Assembly (NCBI RefSeq): GCF_006345805.1
Contig: NC_042999.1
Coordinates: 138,384,001-138,448,000, forward strand
DNA length: 64,000 nt
Direction: 5' to 3'
Source of the DNA: Octopus sinensis
Lineage: Eukaryota
The notes under the pieces are model-generated. The model did no database searches. It was not told the origin of the DNA and worked only from the letters and a program-made list of their open reading frames with translations. This document shows positions 41,522 through 54,378 of this stretch, in pieces. The position numbers and the translations under genes were made by a program. Each line of letters starts with the position of its first letter. Position 1 is the first letter of the stretch.

Positions 41522-43168
41522 ATATATATAGTAGTCTCTTGCTACTCGGGATTTCACTTGTAGGTGCGTAGGGTAATCAGGCAAGTTATTACTGGAAATA
41601 GATGGGTTTTACACATCTATATGTAGCTGTCTTGTCATCGAGTGTAGGACAAAAGCTCCACGGTTATATTTTTCGATGTTTTCGTGTTTTTTTTTCTTTT
41701 CTTATTCACCTTTTACTTGTTTCAGTCATTAGACAGTGGCCACGCTGGAGCACCGCCTTGAAGAATTTTTAGTCGAATGTAACGACACCAGAATTTTTTT
41801 TTATGATTTTCAACTAGCACATGAAGTTAAGCCTAGAAGGTATCTCCACATGCTAGAAATAACAACCAAATCTCTTAAATTTCTTTTATAACACCCTGTT
41901 TTTTTTTTTAAATGTTCTAAAAATCTTTTTACTTTAGATGATTTTCAACCAGCGCATGAAGTTAAACCTAGATCTCTTGATATGTTAGAAATAACAGCCA
42001 AATCTCTTGAAATTTTTTATACGCCCCCCCCCCCCCCAGTTATATTTTTTTAGTTATTCTCCAAAAAATCTTTCTGCTTGTTTCAGTCACTGGACTGCGG
42101 CCATGCTGGGGCACCACCTTGAAGAATTTTTAGTCGAATGTATCGACCCCAAAATCTTTCTTAGTTGATTTTCAACCACTACATAAAGTTAAGCCTAGAA
42201 GGTCTCTCCACATGCTAGAAATAATAGCCAAATCTTACAAATATTTTTTTCTAATTTCACGTAAACAAAAACGGAAATCACAGTTGTAAAAAAATTTATT
42301 TTCCAAAATTCCAATTTTTAAATAAACAAAATATATTCAATCAAAAAACGATATCAAAACATATATGTCCCTCACAACGGTATGTTACGTGTATTTCAAT
42401 TATTTTCCTCGGTCTTAGAATAATTTTAAAGTTTGAAAATGAAAATAAATCAATCTTAACATCAATAATAGAATAACAGAATAACACAAGACTCTTTACT
42501 ACTCAATGTACATACTGTCTGAATTCTAACAAAAAGGAAGGCATTTTCTTCAAGAAACATAAAAACGATAAGAAGCATGTGTGAATTACTAGCCTTCGGT
42601 GCCATAATTCTGTTAAACCTTCAATGGCCGGAGAAAGTTCAAAAGGTCAACTTAGTTTCATTAATCTGTAAGTGCTGAGAGAAGAAAACAAAAGATTTTA
42701 AATATATATTTTAAAATGCTGATTTTTCTGCGACCAAACATTCAAACTGGTGTCCCAGCAAGGCCATGCTGGGACACCAGTTTGACTGAAACAAATAAAA
42801 AGATTTTTAGAAAATAAAAGAAAAAACCGATGGGGTTATAATAGAAAGTTAAGAGATTTGGTTGTTATTTCTAGCATGTGGAGATACCTTCTAGGCTTAA
42901 CTTCATGCGCTAGTTGAACATCATTAAAAAAAATTCTTCAAGGCGGTGCTCCAGCGTGGCCACTGTCTAATGACTGAAACAAGTAAAAGGTGAATAAGAA
43001 AAAAAAAAAAAACACGAAAACATAATCGAAAAATATAACCGTGGAGCTTTTGTCCTACACTCGATGACAAGACAGCTATATATAGATGTGTAAAACCCAT
43101 CTATTTCCAGTCATAATTTGCCTGATTACCCTACGCACCTACAAGTGAAATCCCGAGTAGCAAGAGAC

Positions 43169-43180
<12 letters not shown>
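41522..43180. repeat. Long inverted duplication (arms ~41522-41931 and ~42796-43180)
   Basis: Arms are reverse complements; the same spurious peptide MPDYPTHLQVKSRVARDYY appears on opposite strands in the ORF track. Confidence 0.9.
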
Positions 43181-43204
<24 letters not shown>

Positions 43205-43206
<2 letters not shown>

Positions 43207-43505
43207 TTGTTCCTTCTCGAGCCATGCCTGGCTCATTAGGGCCGATTTCCCGGTTTCCTTGGCGTATAGGTTCTCCACCTGGACGGGACGTCGGTCCGTC
43301 GCAGGTGAGATGCAAGATGCAGGAGGAAAGAGTGAGAGGAAGTTGTGGCGAAAGAGTCAGCAGAAGTTCGCCATTACCTTCTGCCGGAGCCGCGTGGAGC
43401 TTAGGCGTTTCGGTCATAAATATACATATCACCCGGTCTGAGATTCGAACCCGCGATCCGTCGACCACGTGCTGCTGCTCTAACCACTAGGCCACGTGCC
43501 TCCAC
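43205..43505 (-). mobile_element. GC-rich tRNA-derived SINE, family F
   Basis: Minus strand GTGGCCTAGTGGTTAGAG (A box) and GGGTTCGAATCTC (B box), then a unique body ending GGCTCGAGAAGGAAC. Confidence 0.78.
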
Positions 43506-43506
43506 A

Positions 43507-43554
<48 letters not shown>

Positions 43555-43589
43555 ACACACACACACACATATATATATATAAGATACTT

Positions 43590-43770
43590 GAATGTTGGAA
43601 AGAACATCTTGACCGGATTTGTAAACGACTCGGAAATAACAGAAGCCCTGGATTCTCCACCTGATGCACATACGTACGGGAAATAACAAAATAGTAAGTA
43701 GAAATGTCAATAAACGATGAAAAGCTGTAACTCCGCCCTTTTAAAGAGGCCATCAATGCTGAAGCGCTAA
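43590..43770 (+). mobile_element. Possible RTE LINE fragment
   Basis: KILECWKEHLDRI resembles the RTE ILERWKEHF linker motif; short and degenerate. Confidence 0.35.
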
Positions 43771-43996
43771 AATATTGAAGTGAGCACAATATTTTGCATG
43801 TAATATTTAACGTAATATGAAAAACATAAGACTCTAAAAATAGGATCGCTATGCTACTAATTCAAACACACCAAAAGAAATAGATAGTACTATGTTAGTA
43901 ACTTCAATGCGTAAAAAACTGACAATCAAAACTCCGTAAACTACAAGGCAATATATCTCTTATAAATACCGAGGAAATTGTAGAACTTTCCTTGAC

Positions 43997-44793
43997 AGGC
44001 GTAGGAGTGGCTGTGTGGTAAGTAGCTTGCTTACTGACCACATGGTTCCGGGTTCAGTCCCACTGCGTGGCACATTGGGCGTCTTCTACTATAGCCTCGG
44101 GTCAACCAAAGCCTTGTGAGTGGATTTGGTAAACGGAAACTGAAAGAAGCCCGTCGTATATATGTATATATATGTGCGTGTGTATGTGTGTATGCGTTTG
44201 TGCGTCTGTGTTTGTTCCCCTAGCCTCGGGCCAACCAAAGCCTTGTGAGTGGATTTGGTAAACGGAAACTGAAAGAAGCCCGTCGTATATATGTATATAT
44301 ATGTGCGTGTGTATGTGTGTATGCGTTTGTGCGTCTGTGTTTGTTCCCCTAGCCTCGGGCCAACCAAAGCCTTGTGAGTGGATTTGGTAAACGGAAACTG
44401 AAAGAAGCCCGTCGTATATATGTATATATATGTGCGTGTGTATGTGTGTATGCGTTTGTGCGTCTGTGTTTGTTCCCCTAGCCTCGGGCCAACCAAAGCC
44501 TTGTGAGTGGATTTGGTAAACGGAAACTGAAAGAAGCCCGTCGTATATATGTATATATATGTGCGTGTGTATGTGTGTATGCGTTTGTGCGTCTGTGTTT
44601 GTTCCCCCAACATCGCTTGACAACCGATGCTGGTGTGTTTACGTCTCTGTAACTTAGCGGTTTGGCAAAAGAGACCGATAAAATAAGTACTAGGCTTACA
44701 AAGAATAAGTCCTGGGGTTTATTTGCTCGACTAAAGGCGGTGCTCCAGCATGGCCACAGTCAAATGACTGAAACAAGTAAAAGAGTAAAAGAG
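43997..44793 (+). mobile_element. SINE family B containing a 4 x 129-bp internal tandem repeat (44092-44607)
   Basis: Unit starts TAGCCTCGGG at 44092, 44221, 44350 and 44479; units almost identical. Confidence 0.92.
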
Positions 44794-44799
44794 ACAGAA

Positions 44800-45810
44800 T
44801 CAAAAGCAAAATCAAGGAAGAGACAGGAGAGAATCAGTTCAGTTTTAGGCCTATTAGAGACACGGTGCCACGATGCAGTTGATGTTAAACAGGTCACTGA
44901 AAAAGGAAAAGAGCTTCGAGTGCTCTTATTCTTCAACTTCTTTGAATTTTAAATTTGCTTTCGATACGATCTGGAGGAAAGCTCTAAGAAAGATGATGAC
45001 AGGAAAGGTATAGATCCAAAGATAATTTGGGGAATAGAGGTGCAATACAACGATACCGAGTTTGCAGTGGTCATAGTCATCTGATATGTTGCTTTGAAAT
45101 ATGAATAGCTCTTACCATTCCTGATTTTTTTCATGAGAGAACTTAAAATGCTGGACGAAAGTCTGGTACACATTAATGACCTTTCCATAGACATGAAATA
45201 CGCTGGCAACAAAATCGTAATACGAGTTTTCACAAATTGAAAATATCCACCACACAGACAAGGTACGTAAAAAATAGTACGTGAAAATAGTGTGAAAAGC
45301 AAGGACCTATCGCCAAGCAAAGAAATGAGCGCACTGGATAATTTTGAGCATGTCACAGAGTTTTTATTTTCAGCTGCACCAAATAGTACCAAATAGATCA
45401 GAAGATGTGGAAGGATGACACTAGCATGTACAAGTTTCGGGTGACAACAAAACATGGTCTGGAACAGGTGGAAAATTATGAATCAAGTCAAAGTTAGATT
45501 TATTCTCGCTATCGCACGCCACCCCTCAGAAACTCAGACCCTAAAAAAAAATCAAGTTACGTGGATACTAGAAGTATTTGAAATGCGGTGTTTACAATGT
45601 ATATTAAGGTATGAAATAAGCTAAGAAATACTTCTATAAGAAAACTGTCTTCATGTGAGATATACCATGACCGAAGAAATAAGGAGACAAGAACGGTTGA
45701 ATGTGATAAAACCTCGCAGTAATTACATGGCGCAGGAGAGCTGCCAAAACTCCCCAAACCCTACGGTCACGTGGTAGACCGCCTAAAAGGTAGATCTCCC
45801 AGTTCTGTCA
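44800..45810 (+). mobile_element. Decayed RTE-clade LINE, RT domain and C-terminus
   Basis: NQFSFRPIRDT, FKFAFDTIWRKAL, GIDPKII, DLSIDMKYAGN (YADD), LEVFEMRCLQCIL and RGRPPKR across frameshifts. Confidence 0.78.
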
Positions 45811-46207
45811 GGATTTAGAGTTACCTCGCTCAATGACTACAAGGTGAGCAATTTACCGAAGAGGTGTGTGTGTGTGTTGTGCTGTTTTATCTGGTTAGTT
45901 ATAATAGGGACTTTTCCAGTATATTCGTTACTTAGATGAAGTCCTATATTCAACCATTATCATTCATGGTTACGGAGGGGTTTTGACTTTTTCCATTCAT
46001 ATTTTCATACTGTGTACGTGAGGTCACCACCTTCCGTTTATTCTTTTACTCTAGAGTCTTGTATCGCAGCTTCAAATAATTCATAATTTATGAATAATTG
46101 AGGAGAACATTTCGTAGAAAATACCTTTTAAAGACTTATTTATGGTATAATTTGTGGAGTGCGCATTTCATATCTATCTATCTATCTATCTATCTATCGA
46201 TCTATCT

Positions 46208-46927
46208 CGCTTCCTTCCTTCAAACGGGAAGGAAGAGCTATTTTCATCATCCTTGTGGCTATGGCGAAAGAATGTATCTGGTGGACGCGTCTGAAAGGAT
46301 TGGAGACAAACACTTTCCTCTCTGGTCAATCTCTCATCAACTTCTTCAAGTACCACTTGAAAAGGAAAGTGAGAGTAGAGAGGCAAGTTTTGTCTAGCGA
46401 ATGTTTTAAAAAAAGATGGGTGAATGTAGCAAGGATGGCACGTATGAATGACGAAGCCACCTTGAGCATAATCCTATGAATCCAGAAATTGAAAACAGAG
46501 GGTTACCCACTTGCAAACAAATGTGGTAACATATAACAATATTGACCAAGGTTACCGTGGTCTTTTTCGTAGGCTTTTCTTCCCACGGATAAACCTTACT
46601 TGCTTTCCCCTTTACACCATATATCATACACTGTGATACACGATCCCTATTGATCGTTCCTTTTTTTTTCCTCTCCCCCTTTTTTTCCCCTTTTTCTTCT
46701 TTTTTCATTTCTCTTTTCTTTTGTTCCTTTCCCTTTCTTTTTTTTTCTTTTATTCTTTTTATTCTATTTTTTTTTCTTTTTTTCTTTTTTTTTGTTCTTT
46801 TCTTCCCTTTTACGATCCCTCCTGATCGAAAACCTACGCCACCCCCTTTTTTTCATCCCCCAAAAGAAAAGCTCTACCTTGTAACTTGTACCATCTGTGT
46901 GCAGCCCTGTGTGGCCAATAAAGAAAC

Positions 46928-46928
<1 letters not shown>
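46208..46928 (+). mobile_element. Tx1-clade LINE 3' end, copy 1 (ORF2 C-terminus and 3' UTR)
   Basis: RAIFIILVAMAKECIWWTRLKG...KKRWVNVARM...* at 46479; pyrimidine-rich UTR; AATAAA at 46917; (TATC)n on both sides. Confidence 0.78.
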
Positions 46929-46959
<31 letters not shown>

Positions 46960-47475
46960 TCTTCAAGTATCACTTGAAGAGGAAAGTGAGAGTAGAGAGG
47001 CAAGTTTTGTCTAGTGAATGTTTTAAAAAAAGATGGGTGAATGTAGCAAGGATGGCACGTATGAATGACGAAGCCACCTTGACTATGATTCTATGAACCG
47101 TAAAAATTAATACAGAGAGTTGCTTATTTGCAAAAAAAAAAGAAATATAACATGTGACTTCATTGACCGAGGTTACCGTGGTCTTTTCCGTAGGCTTTTC
47201 TTTCCACGGGTAAACCTCACCTGTCCTCCCCTTTACACTTCATATTGACATTTCTGTGATTACGATCCCTATTGATCAACTTTTTTCCTCTCCCCTTTTC
47301 TTTTTTTTCCCTCTCCCCGCCTTTTTTTTAAATCCTCCCCTTTTTTGTCCTCTTTCTTTCCTTTTACGATCCCTTTTGATCGAAAACCAACCCCCTTTTT
47401 TTACCCCCAAAAGAAAAGCTCTACCTTTTAATTTGTTCTGTCTGTGTGCAGCCCTGTGTGGCTAATAAAGAAACA
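46960..47475 (+). mobile_element. Tx1-clade LINE 3' end, copy 2 (shorter)
   Basis: Same FFKYHLKRKVRVERQVLSSECFKKRW peptide; AATAAA at 47464; (TATC)n on both sides. Confidence 0.78.
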
Positions 47476-48395
47476 TATCTATCTATCTATCTATCTATCT
47501 ACATACATACATACATACATGCATGCATGCATGCATAAATACATACATACATACATACATACATACATACGTACGTACGTACATACATATATACACACAC
47601 TCAGATTTAGACATATATACACTAGAAAATGTACCTGTTATATACTAACTGGTATCCTACTCAGTCTGATGTCATCAGCTAAATACAATGCAAATAAATA
47701 CTGGTACACTACCTAAGCCTGTTCCGTGAGATATGTAGTAAGAAGTCGTGATCAATGGTAACTTTGGCAGACGATTACATATTTTGTGAGAGCGTTGAAT
47801 TAATTTAAATTAATACCCAGTATATGACTGGTACTTATTTTATCAAGCACAAAAAGATGACGAGTAAAGAAATTTGACTAAATACTTCAATATAATCCAT
47901 GTGGTACTTGACGAATTTAATTGTCCACTGTTCTTGCGAAAAGAGACAAAAATATTCAACTGAAACACAAGATCATAGTTTTGACAAACACCGGATTAAA
48001 TGGTTTGTCTCTTTTAAGTATGTGTCTTCCCTTCTTTTTATGTCTTTAGCTTTGTCCCTTTTAAGTTGCGAGCTCAAGTTCCACCGTAGTCGGTTTGACT
48101 GTCATTTCTCCAAGGTTGTTGAAATCAGTGCCAAGGGAAAACTGGGACCTATTCAATTGAATGTACGACTCTCATAAATATCTGCAAACTTGTAGCCAGC
48201 AAGGGAACATCTACGTGGTCGGCCGACTTGCAAGAAATTCATGAAAATTACACTTAAATCACTTAACTTTTTTTAAAAACAAAGCTCCACTGGATAATGC
48301 AATTTTACTTTACGTCTCAAGAATAGCGTCAGGATGGTCATATGGTCTTTGTTCATACATATGGTCTGTAGGTCAAACACCAACATCATCCTCAT

Positions 48396-48431
<36 letters not shown>

Positions 48432-48813
48432 CACCACCACCGCCGCCACCACCACCACCGCCGCCGCCGCCGCCACCACCATCAGCAGCCGTTCAAGAAT
48501 TTGGATCTGGAGATCTCCATTTCCAGTGACTTCGAGTGCCACCTCCCAGTGGTGCAAGGACGTCAACGAAAAGCCCTCGACTACAACAAGACGACCAAAG
48601 TTTTTTTTTTCCCAAGGTCTGGGGTCTCCTGCCCCTAAGCCCTAGACCATCACTTAATCACCCTTACCCGTCTTGTTGCTTAACAACAACAACAACAACA
48701 ACAACCACCACCAACAACAAAAACAATAACGACGACATCATATATGGCTTCTATAAAAATGAAAAAAAATCACGTGTTTGTCAATAAACAGGCAGGAACA
48801 TATCTCTCTAGAT

Positions 48814-49064
48814 CAGCGGTTCTCAACCAGTCTTTTACCTATGGGCCACTTTGACTCTTATTTTGCTTGGATGGACCCTCTTAGCCATTCAATTTTAAAA
48901 ATCTTATTATATTCTTATAATCAAGTATTATTAAGAATTGTATTACAAGAATTAAAATGTTTCGTGCATTGCAGAAGTATAAGTAATTTATTGCAGATAA
49001 ATTTTAACAACAAAATCTTAAATGAATCCTTAAGACCTGTATGGACCCCGGCTAAGAACAATTG
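48814..49064. mobile_element. hAT (Charlie-type) MITE
   Basis: TIR CAGCGGTTCTCAACC with degenerate partner GGCTAAGAACAATTG; 8-bp TSD CTCTAGAT/CTTTAGAT. Confidence 0.78.
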
Positions 49065-49149
49065 CTTTAGATCATAGGCATGTGCATTATCATCTGTGTT
49101 GGACTTTCTTTTCAGTTGAAATTTTATAATTTACTGCTGTTATGGAACA

Positions 49150-49390
49150 CCTTCTTATAAAGGTTGTTGCTATCTGGTTCGTTTAGCCCCACTCATGCAG
49201 ACCTGTGATCAAAGTATTCCCACCGTAATCATTCTATCCTTTTTATTTTTAATTTCTGGGAATATCACACTTTGCATCACATTATCTAATACTTCCTTCT
49301 GCTATGAAACAATGCAGTGTGAGTTGAAGAAGGCTTAGCTGCTATTTCTAGCTGGTCGAACCAATGCATATAGGTTCTCTCGTTGAGTTT
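49150..49390 (+). mobile_element. Dispersed repeat family E (SINE-like), diverged copy
   Basis: Core GCTGCTATTTCTAGC recurs at ~34570, 41850, 42860 and 63300. Confidence 0.5.
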
Positions 49391-50544
49391 CCTTCTAAAA
49401 GTGTCTTCTTAAAGTGAAAAGAAATCGTCCTTAGTTTTTATTACTTCGAGAAACACTTAAATAAAGAAAAGAGTCAACTAAAATAAAATCAAAGAAAGAG
49501 AAAAAGCGAGCTCATTAATCTTTAATAATAGAATTATCCTGAAAATCTCGTTCATTAAGTTTCATCTATTAATACATTTGTCGAGATAAAAATGGAGTAA
49601 ATATTTGCAAAGAGAGCCGTCATTGATGATGCTTTCATTTTTGTTTTGTTTGCTAGATTATTTTAGATTTCAAGCTGTTAGAAGTGCTTGCGTCATAACT
49701 CCGGGAATTTATTCATATCGGTCTATATTTTTGGTTTGTTATAATACTAACTTTATATCCACTGGCCGCCTCCGTTGTAATATGATGACGTCAAATAAAT
49801 AAATAAATAAATAAATATAATGACAGAAAAGGGAGAGAAGTCTTCTGAATTACTATATGATGTCATTTACAAAATACTTCAAATTTTAGCCTGATAGTCT
49901 TCAGATTATAAATAGGATATTAAGTATTGAAAGAAACGTTTGAAAAAATATTTACGTAAACGAAGAATATTCAACGACAGTAAATATTTATTTTAGCTTA
50001 TAAAAGTTTCAGTATGTTTAAATATTGTAGCTCTTGAAATCAATACGTCTAACAGTTCAGTCATATTTAAAATTAATGATGGGATTTACTACATTCTGGA
50101 TTTTTATTTTTTTGGCTTCTTTTCATTTTTAGCTTTTTAAAAAAAATTTTGGTAAAAGATTGCAATATAAGCGAAAAATATGGGTTAAAACGTCTTTTAT
50201 ATTGTAAATGTAATTTATCTGGAGTTGATAAAATGGTTATCAGACATGCATTGGCACCATTTCAATCAATAGTATTCTTTTCATATATTACTGGCCATGT
50301 TTCAAGTTTAGAAATTATTTTAGTCAGGTCAGGCTGGTGTTAACTTTGCCTTTGTTCCGCCCGGAATCGATAAAATAAGTATATCTCTAACGAAATAAAT
50401 ATATAACTTTGTGTTTATGTAGAAATTACTATTATTTTTGACGTCATTCCAGAGATGCCGGGCATCTAGAATGTTTTCAGAACCACTGCAAGTTAGACAA
50501 TGCAGTTGGTGAGAGTTTCACTTCTACAATATATAGAACATATA

Positions 50545-50665
50545 TTGGTAGGTAAGAACGATGACGATCTCGGGGAAGTTTAACGACGAGGAGCAACTGG
50601 CCGGTTTTTTCAGGAGGACCCTGGGACAGGGAACTGCTGTGGATAATTTCCAGAAATTCTTGACT
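50545..50665 (+). mobile_element. Short Tx1 ORF2 fragment
   Basis: LAGFFRRTLGQGTAVDNFQKFLT aligns with LAGLLRRTFGPGSMEDFQKYLT at ~4475-4540. Confidence 0.6.
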
Positions 50666-51961
50666 CCAGTACTTAAATGGTACTTTATTTTATTTACCCC
50701 GAACGGATGAAAGCCAAAGTTGACCTCGATCGGACTGGAACTCAGAACGTAAGTTACGACACCGAGCATTGTGTTCGGTGCGCTAATGATTCTGCCAGCT
50801 CGCCGTTTTAATAATACCGGTTTGAGATACATTCTATGGGGAACTATCGGTTTGAAATACATTCTTCGGGTACGGAAGAACCGTGCGAGATACGCACAGA
50901 GCGATAGAATCATTTTGCATGTCCGAGGACTGCTTATTTGTGGAATTATATCGAACAGCTATTGTTGCTTGTTTGAGGAATCCGGTTATTGGCCGAGAAC
51001 ATCGTGAAGATCACTCCACTAGCTACCTTCAATCAGACAGAGCAGGTATTGTTCTTCTGTCAAGTGATTTTGCCGAGGCCAGTTTTGCCTTTCCTCCTTT
51101 CGGGCGCCATGAAATAAGTGCCAGTTAGGTAGTGCTTAACTGGTTTGTGTCATCTATTAAAACTCCTCTAACATTGCTAGCTTTATGCCAAATTTTGAAA
51201 CCATTATTATCAACTAGCTTAAAAGCCGCACTCCATGCGGACTTTTAAGGTAGATCCTGCAGATGGCTAATTGGGCCTGCGGTCCAAAACTAAACAGAGC
51301 TAAATAGCATGACTATATGTCTATAATGGCTATGTGCCCCGGTGGTGTTCTATTGTTCTAGTCCCAAGTTGAATTTCAACTGTTGGCCAATTTGTCGCAA
51401 AGTTCTTATCCCGACGCAAAATTAACGAACGTCAATCAAGATGATGTGAATCAGCTGAGCTTTACTTGCTAGAATGATTTTAGATCAAATCCAAATGCTG
51501 GATGTTCAAGAACCAAATGAATGGCAGATTTCCAATCCCGGGATCATCCTGATTCCATGTCTATGTAGAGCAAATGTAGACTGAGATACAGGGGTCCCGG
51601 ACAGACAAAATTTCGCGTTTATTATTATAGAAGATATTTTGCTTATCACCGAAGTTAAGCGTGTTCTGGATACTCCGTGCGTTTTTCCTTTCTGCTTAAG
51701 AAGAACCACAATAGAATGATAAACCGCTTTTGTTTACTTACTCTCTAGGGCAATTGTTTTTTAAAGAAAACTTTTCGAAGCATAGAAAAAAATTTCAAAA
51801 AGCTTTGTTTATGCCAGTTAACTAAAAAGAAAAGGTCGGAAAATATTCTTAAAGTGAAACACTTTTTCTCAATCACCTCCACCATACAACACTATTCACG
51901 TAGTAGTTACATAAAAAAGAAACAATAACAAAAACAAGTGACAACAATAACACAATAAGAG

Positions 51962-52275
51962 GACCACTGGTAGTACGAGGGTCCCAACTGATTCGATCAT
52001 CGGAACATCCCGCTCGTGAAATTAACGTGCAAGTGGTTGAACACTCCACGGACACGTGTACCCTTAACGCAGTTCTCAGGGAGATAGAGCATGACACAGA
52101 GTGTGATAAGGCTGGCCCTTTGAAATACAAGTTCTACTAATTTTTGCCAGCTGAATAGACTGGAGCAGCGTGAAGTAAAGTGTGTTGCTCCAAGACACAA
52201 CGCGTTGCTGGGAATTGAACTCACGACCTTACGATCGTGAGTCGAATATCCCAACCACTAAGCTACGCGCCTTCA
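51962..52275 (-). mobile_element. SINE family C, near full length
   Basis: tRNA-like head at ~52200-52275, TGTGTCTTGGAGCAACACACTTT core, 3' part shared with 29415-29600. Confidence 0.8.
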
Positions 52276-52680
52276 CCACCCCCACACACACAAATACACA
52301 AACACGGAGTTTCCAAAACGCGTTCAGCTTTGGCGGTAACCAACAACAGTTGTAAGAACAGAAAAAATAATGATCCTTTCTGTCGCAGGCACAAAGCCTA
52401 GAATTTGTTGGGTGGGGTTAGTAAATGTCGTCGATCCTTGCACTTGACATGTTTCATTTTATCAACACTCACGGAATTATAAAAGGCGAAGTTGACTGCG
52501 GCGGGATTTGAACCCATAATGTAATGAGTCATAAACAAGTACATATATACATTAAAAAATGCATCTTTCCCACCCGCCTCTATCGACTCTAAGAAGTTAT
52601 ATTACGTCGATTTTGTTTGGAAAACAACGATAAAAAGAAACGAGAAAATAAAGTGATATGAAAAAATATATGTAAACGTG

Positions 52681-53085
52681 CCCACAAAGGGCTAAACATA
52701 GAGGGGACAAACAAGGACAGTCAAATGGATTAAGCCGTTTACATCGAACCAGTGCATAACTGGTACATAATTTATCGACCCCCAAAAGGATGAAAGGCTA
52801 AGTTGACCTCGGCGGAATTTGAACTCAGAACGTAGCGGCAGACAAAATACCTATTACTTTATTACCCACAAGGCGCTAAACACAGAGAGGACAAACAAGG
52901 ACAGAAAACGGATTAAGTCGATTATATTGACCCCAGTGCGTAACTGGTACTTATTTAATCGACCCCGAAAGGATGAAAGGCAAAGTCGACCTCGGCGGAA
53001 TTTGAACTCAGAACGTAACGGCAGACGAAATACGGCTACGCATTTCGCCCGGCGTGCTAACGTTTCTGCAAGCTCGCCGCCTTAA
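52681..53085 (-). mobile_element. SINE family A with two tandem ~184-bp body units
   Basis: CCCACAA unit ends at 52681 and 52865; single head at ~53030-53085. Confidence 0.88.
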
Positions 53086-53759
53086 ATATACGTAAACGTG
53101 TGGACGAGTGAGCTATTCAGACACAATCAGAGAAGCCTACACAAAAGCCAGAACTGTTCCACCCGCCAAAGATAAGTGCTCATCCTCAAACTCATCCCAC
53201 GACCTACCTACAGGCTCTTTCAATAACTTTTTGGACAGTCATTGTATATATATCTATCATATCACTTGAAACAAGTTACAGCTCACAACCTAAAAAAGAA
53301 GAAACTCAGTTAAGATATTAGCTGTTTGACTGAACTGATTATCTGATAAGCTGAAAATATCATAAGCAGGAAAACACATAGTTATCATATTAGGTAAACA
53401 TAAGTATAATTATACAATGATAGGTTGTCAATTAAAGGGTCTTCACCTTTTTTTAAAATGTATTTGTGAATTTATTACTGTCCTGTCGATTTCGAGTCAG
53501 TGATAAAATACACAAACTAGCCGAACCTCGGAGATGAAATGCATTAATAAAGGCCAGCATTTATATCTTAAGGAAGTTCTTTTCGATCGAAAGTCTGGCT
53601 TTATATATTACGTATTTAGTACAAACCTGAAAAATGTCTACTTCATTTTATTCAGTTTACTTTCATTAACGAATAATACGTATACGAACACACAAACACA
53701 AAATGATATACGTATTATGTATTGTCCACTTCTGTATTATTTTCATCCCTTAGAACCTA

Positions 53760-54298
53760 GAACACAGCTGGTACTTATTTTACCGACCCTGAAAGGTTGG
53801 AAGGCAAAGTGGATATCGGCGGAATTTGAACTAAGAGCATAAAGACGGATGAAATGCTGTTAAGCATTTTGGCCGGCGTGCTAACGATTCTTATTTACTG
53901 CCCACAAGAGGCTACACACAGAGGGGACAAACAAGGACAGACAAACGGATTAAATCGGTTATATCGACTCTAGTGCGTAACTGGTACTTATTTAATCGAC
54001 TCCGAAAGGATGAATGGCAGAGTCGACCTCGGCGGAATTTGAACTCAGAACGTAACGGCAGACGAAATACCTATTTCTTTACTACCCACAAGGGGCTAAA
54101 CACAGAGAGGACAAACAAGGACAGACAAACGGATTAAGTCGATTACATCGACCCCAGTGCGTAGGTGGTACTTAATTTATCGACCCCGAATGGATGAAAG
54201 GCAAAGTGGACCTCGGCGGAATTTGAACTCAGAACGTAGCGGTAGACGAAATACCGCTAAGCATTTCACCCGCCGTGCTAACGTTTCTGCCAGCTGGC
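53760..54298 (-). mobile_element. SINE family A multimer (two body units) abutting another partial copy
   Basis: Same GAAATAG|GTATTTCGTC junction as at 16.6 and 52.85 kb. Confidence 0.85.
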
Positions 54299-54331
54299 TG
54301 ACTTCCTACTACTACTACTACTACTATAACT

Positions 54332-54378
<47 letters not shown>

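Noticed and set aside
43415-43505. tRNA-like sequence with A and B boxes
   Set aside because: No complete cloverleaf; continues into a SINE body, so it is a SINE head and not a tRNA gene
44089-44623. 174-aa repeat protein ORFs
   Set aside because: Artefact of the 129-bp tandem repeat inside a SINE; also not a CRISPR array because there are no variable spacers
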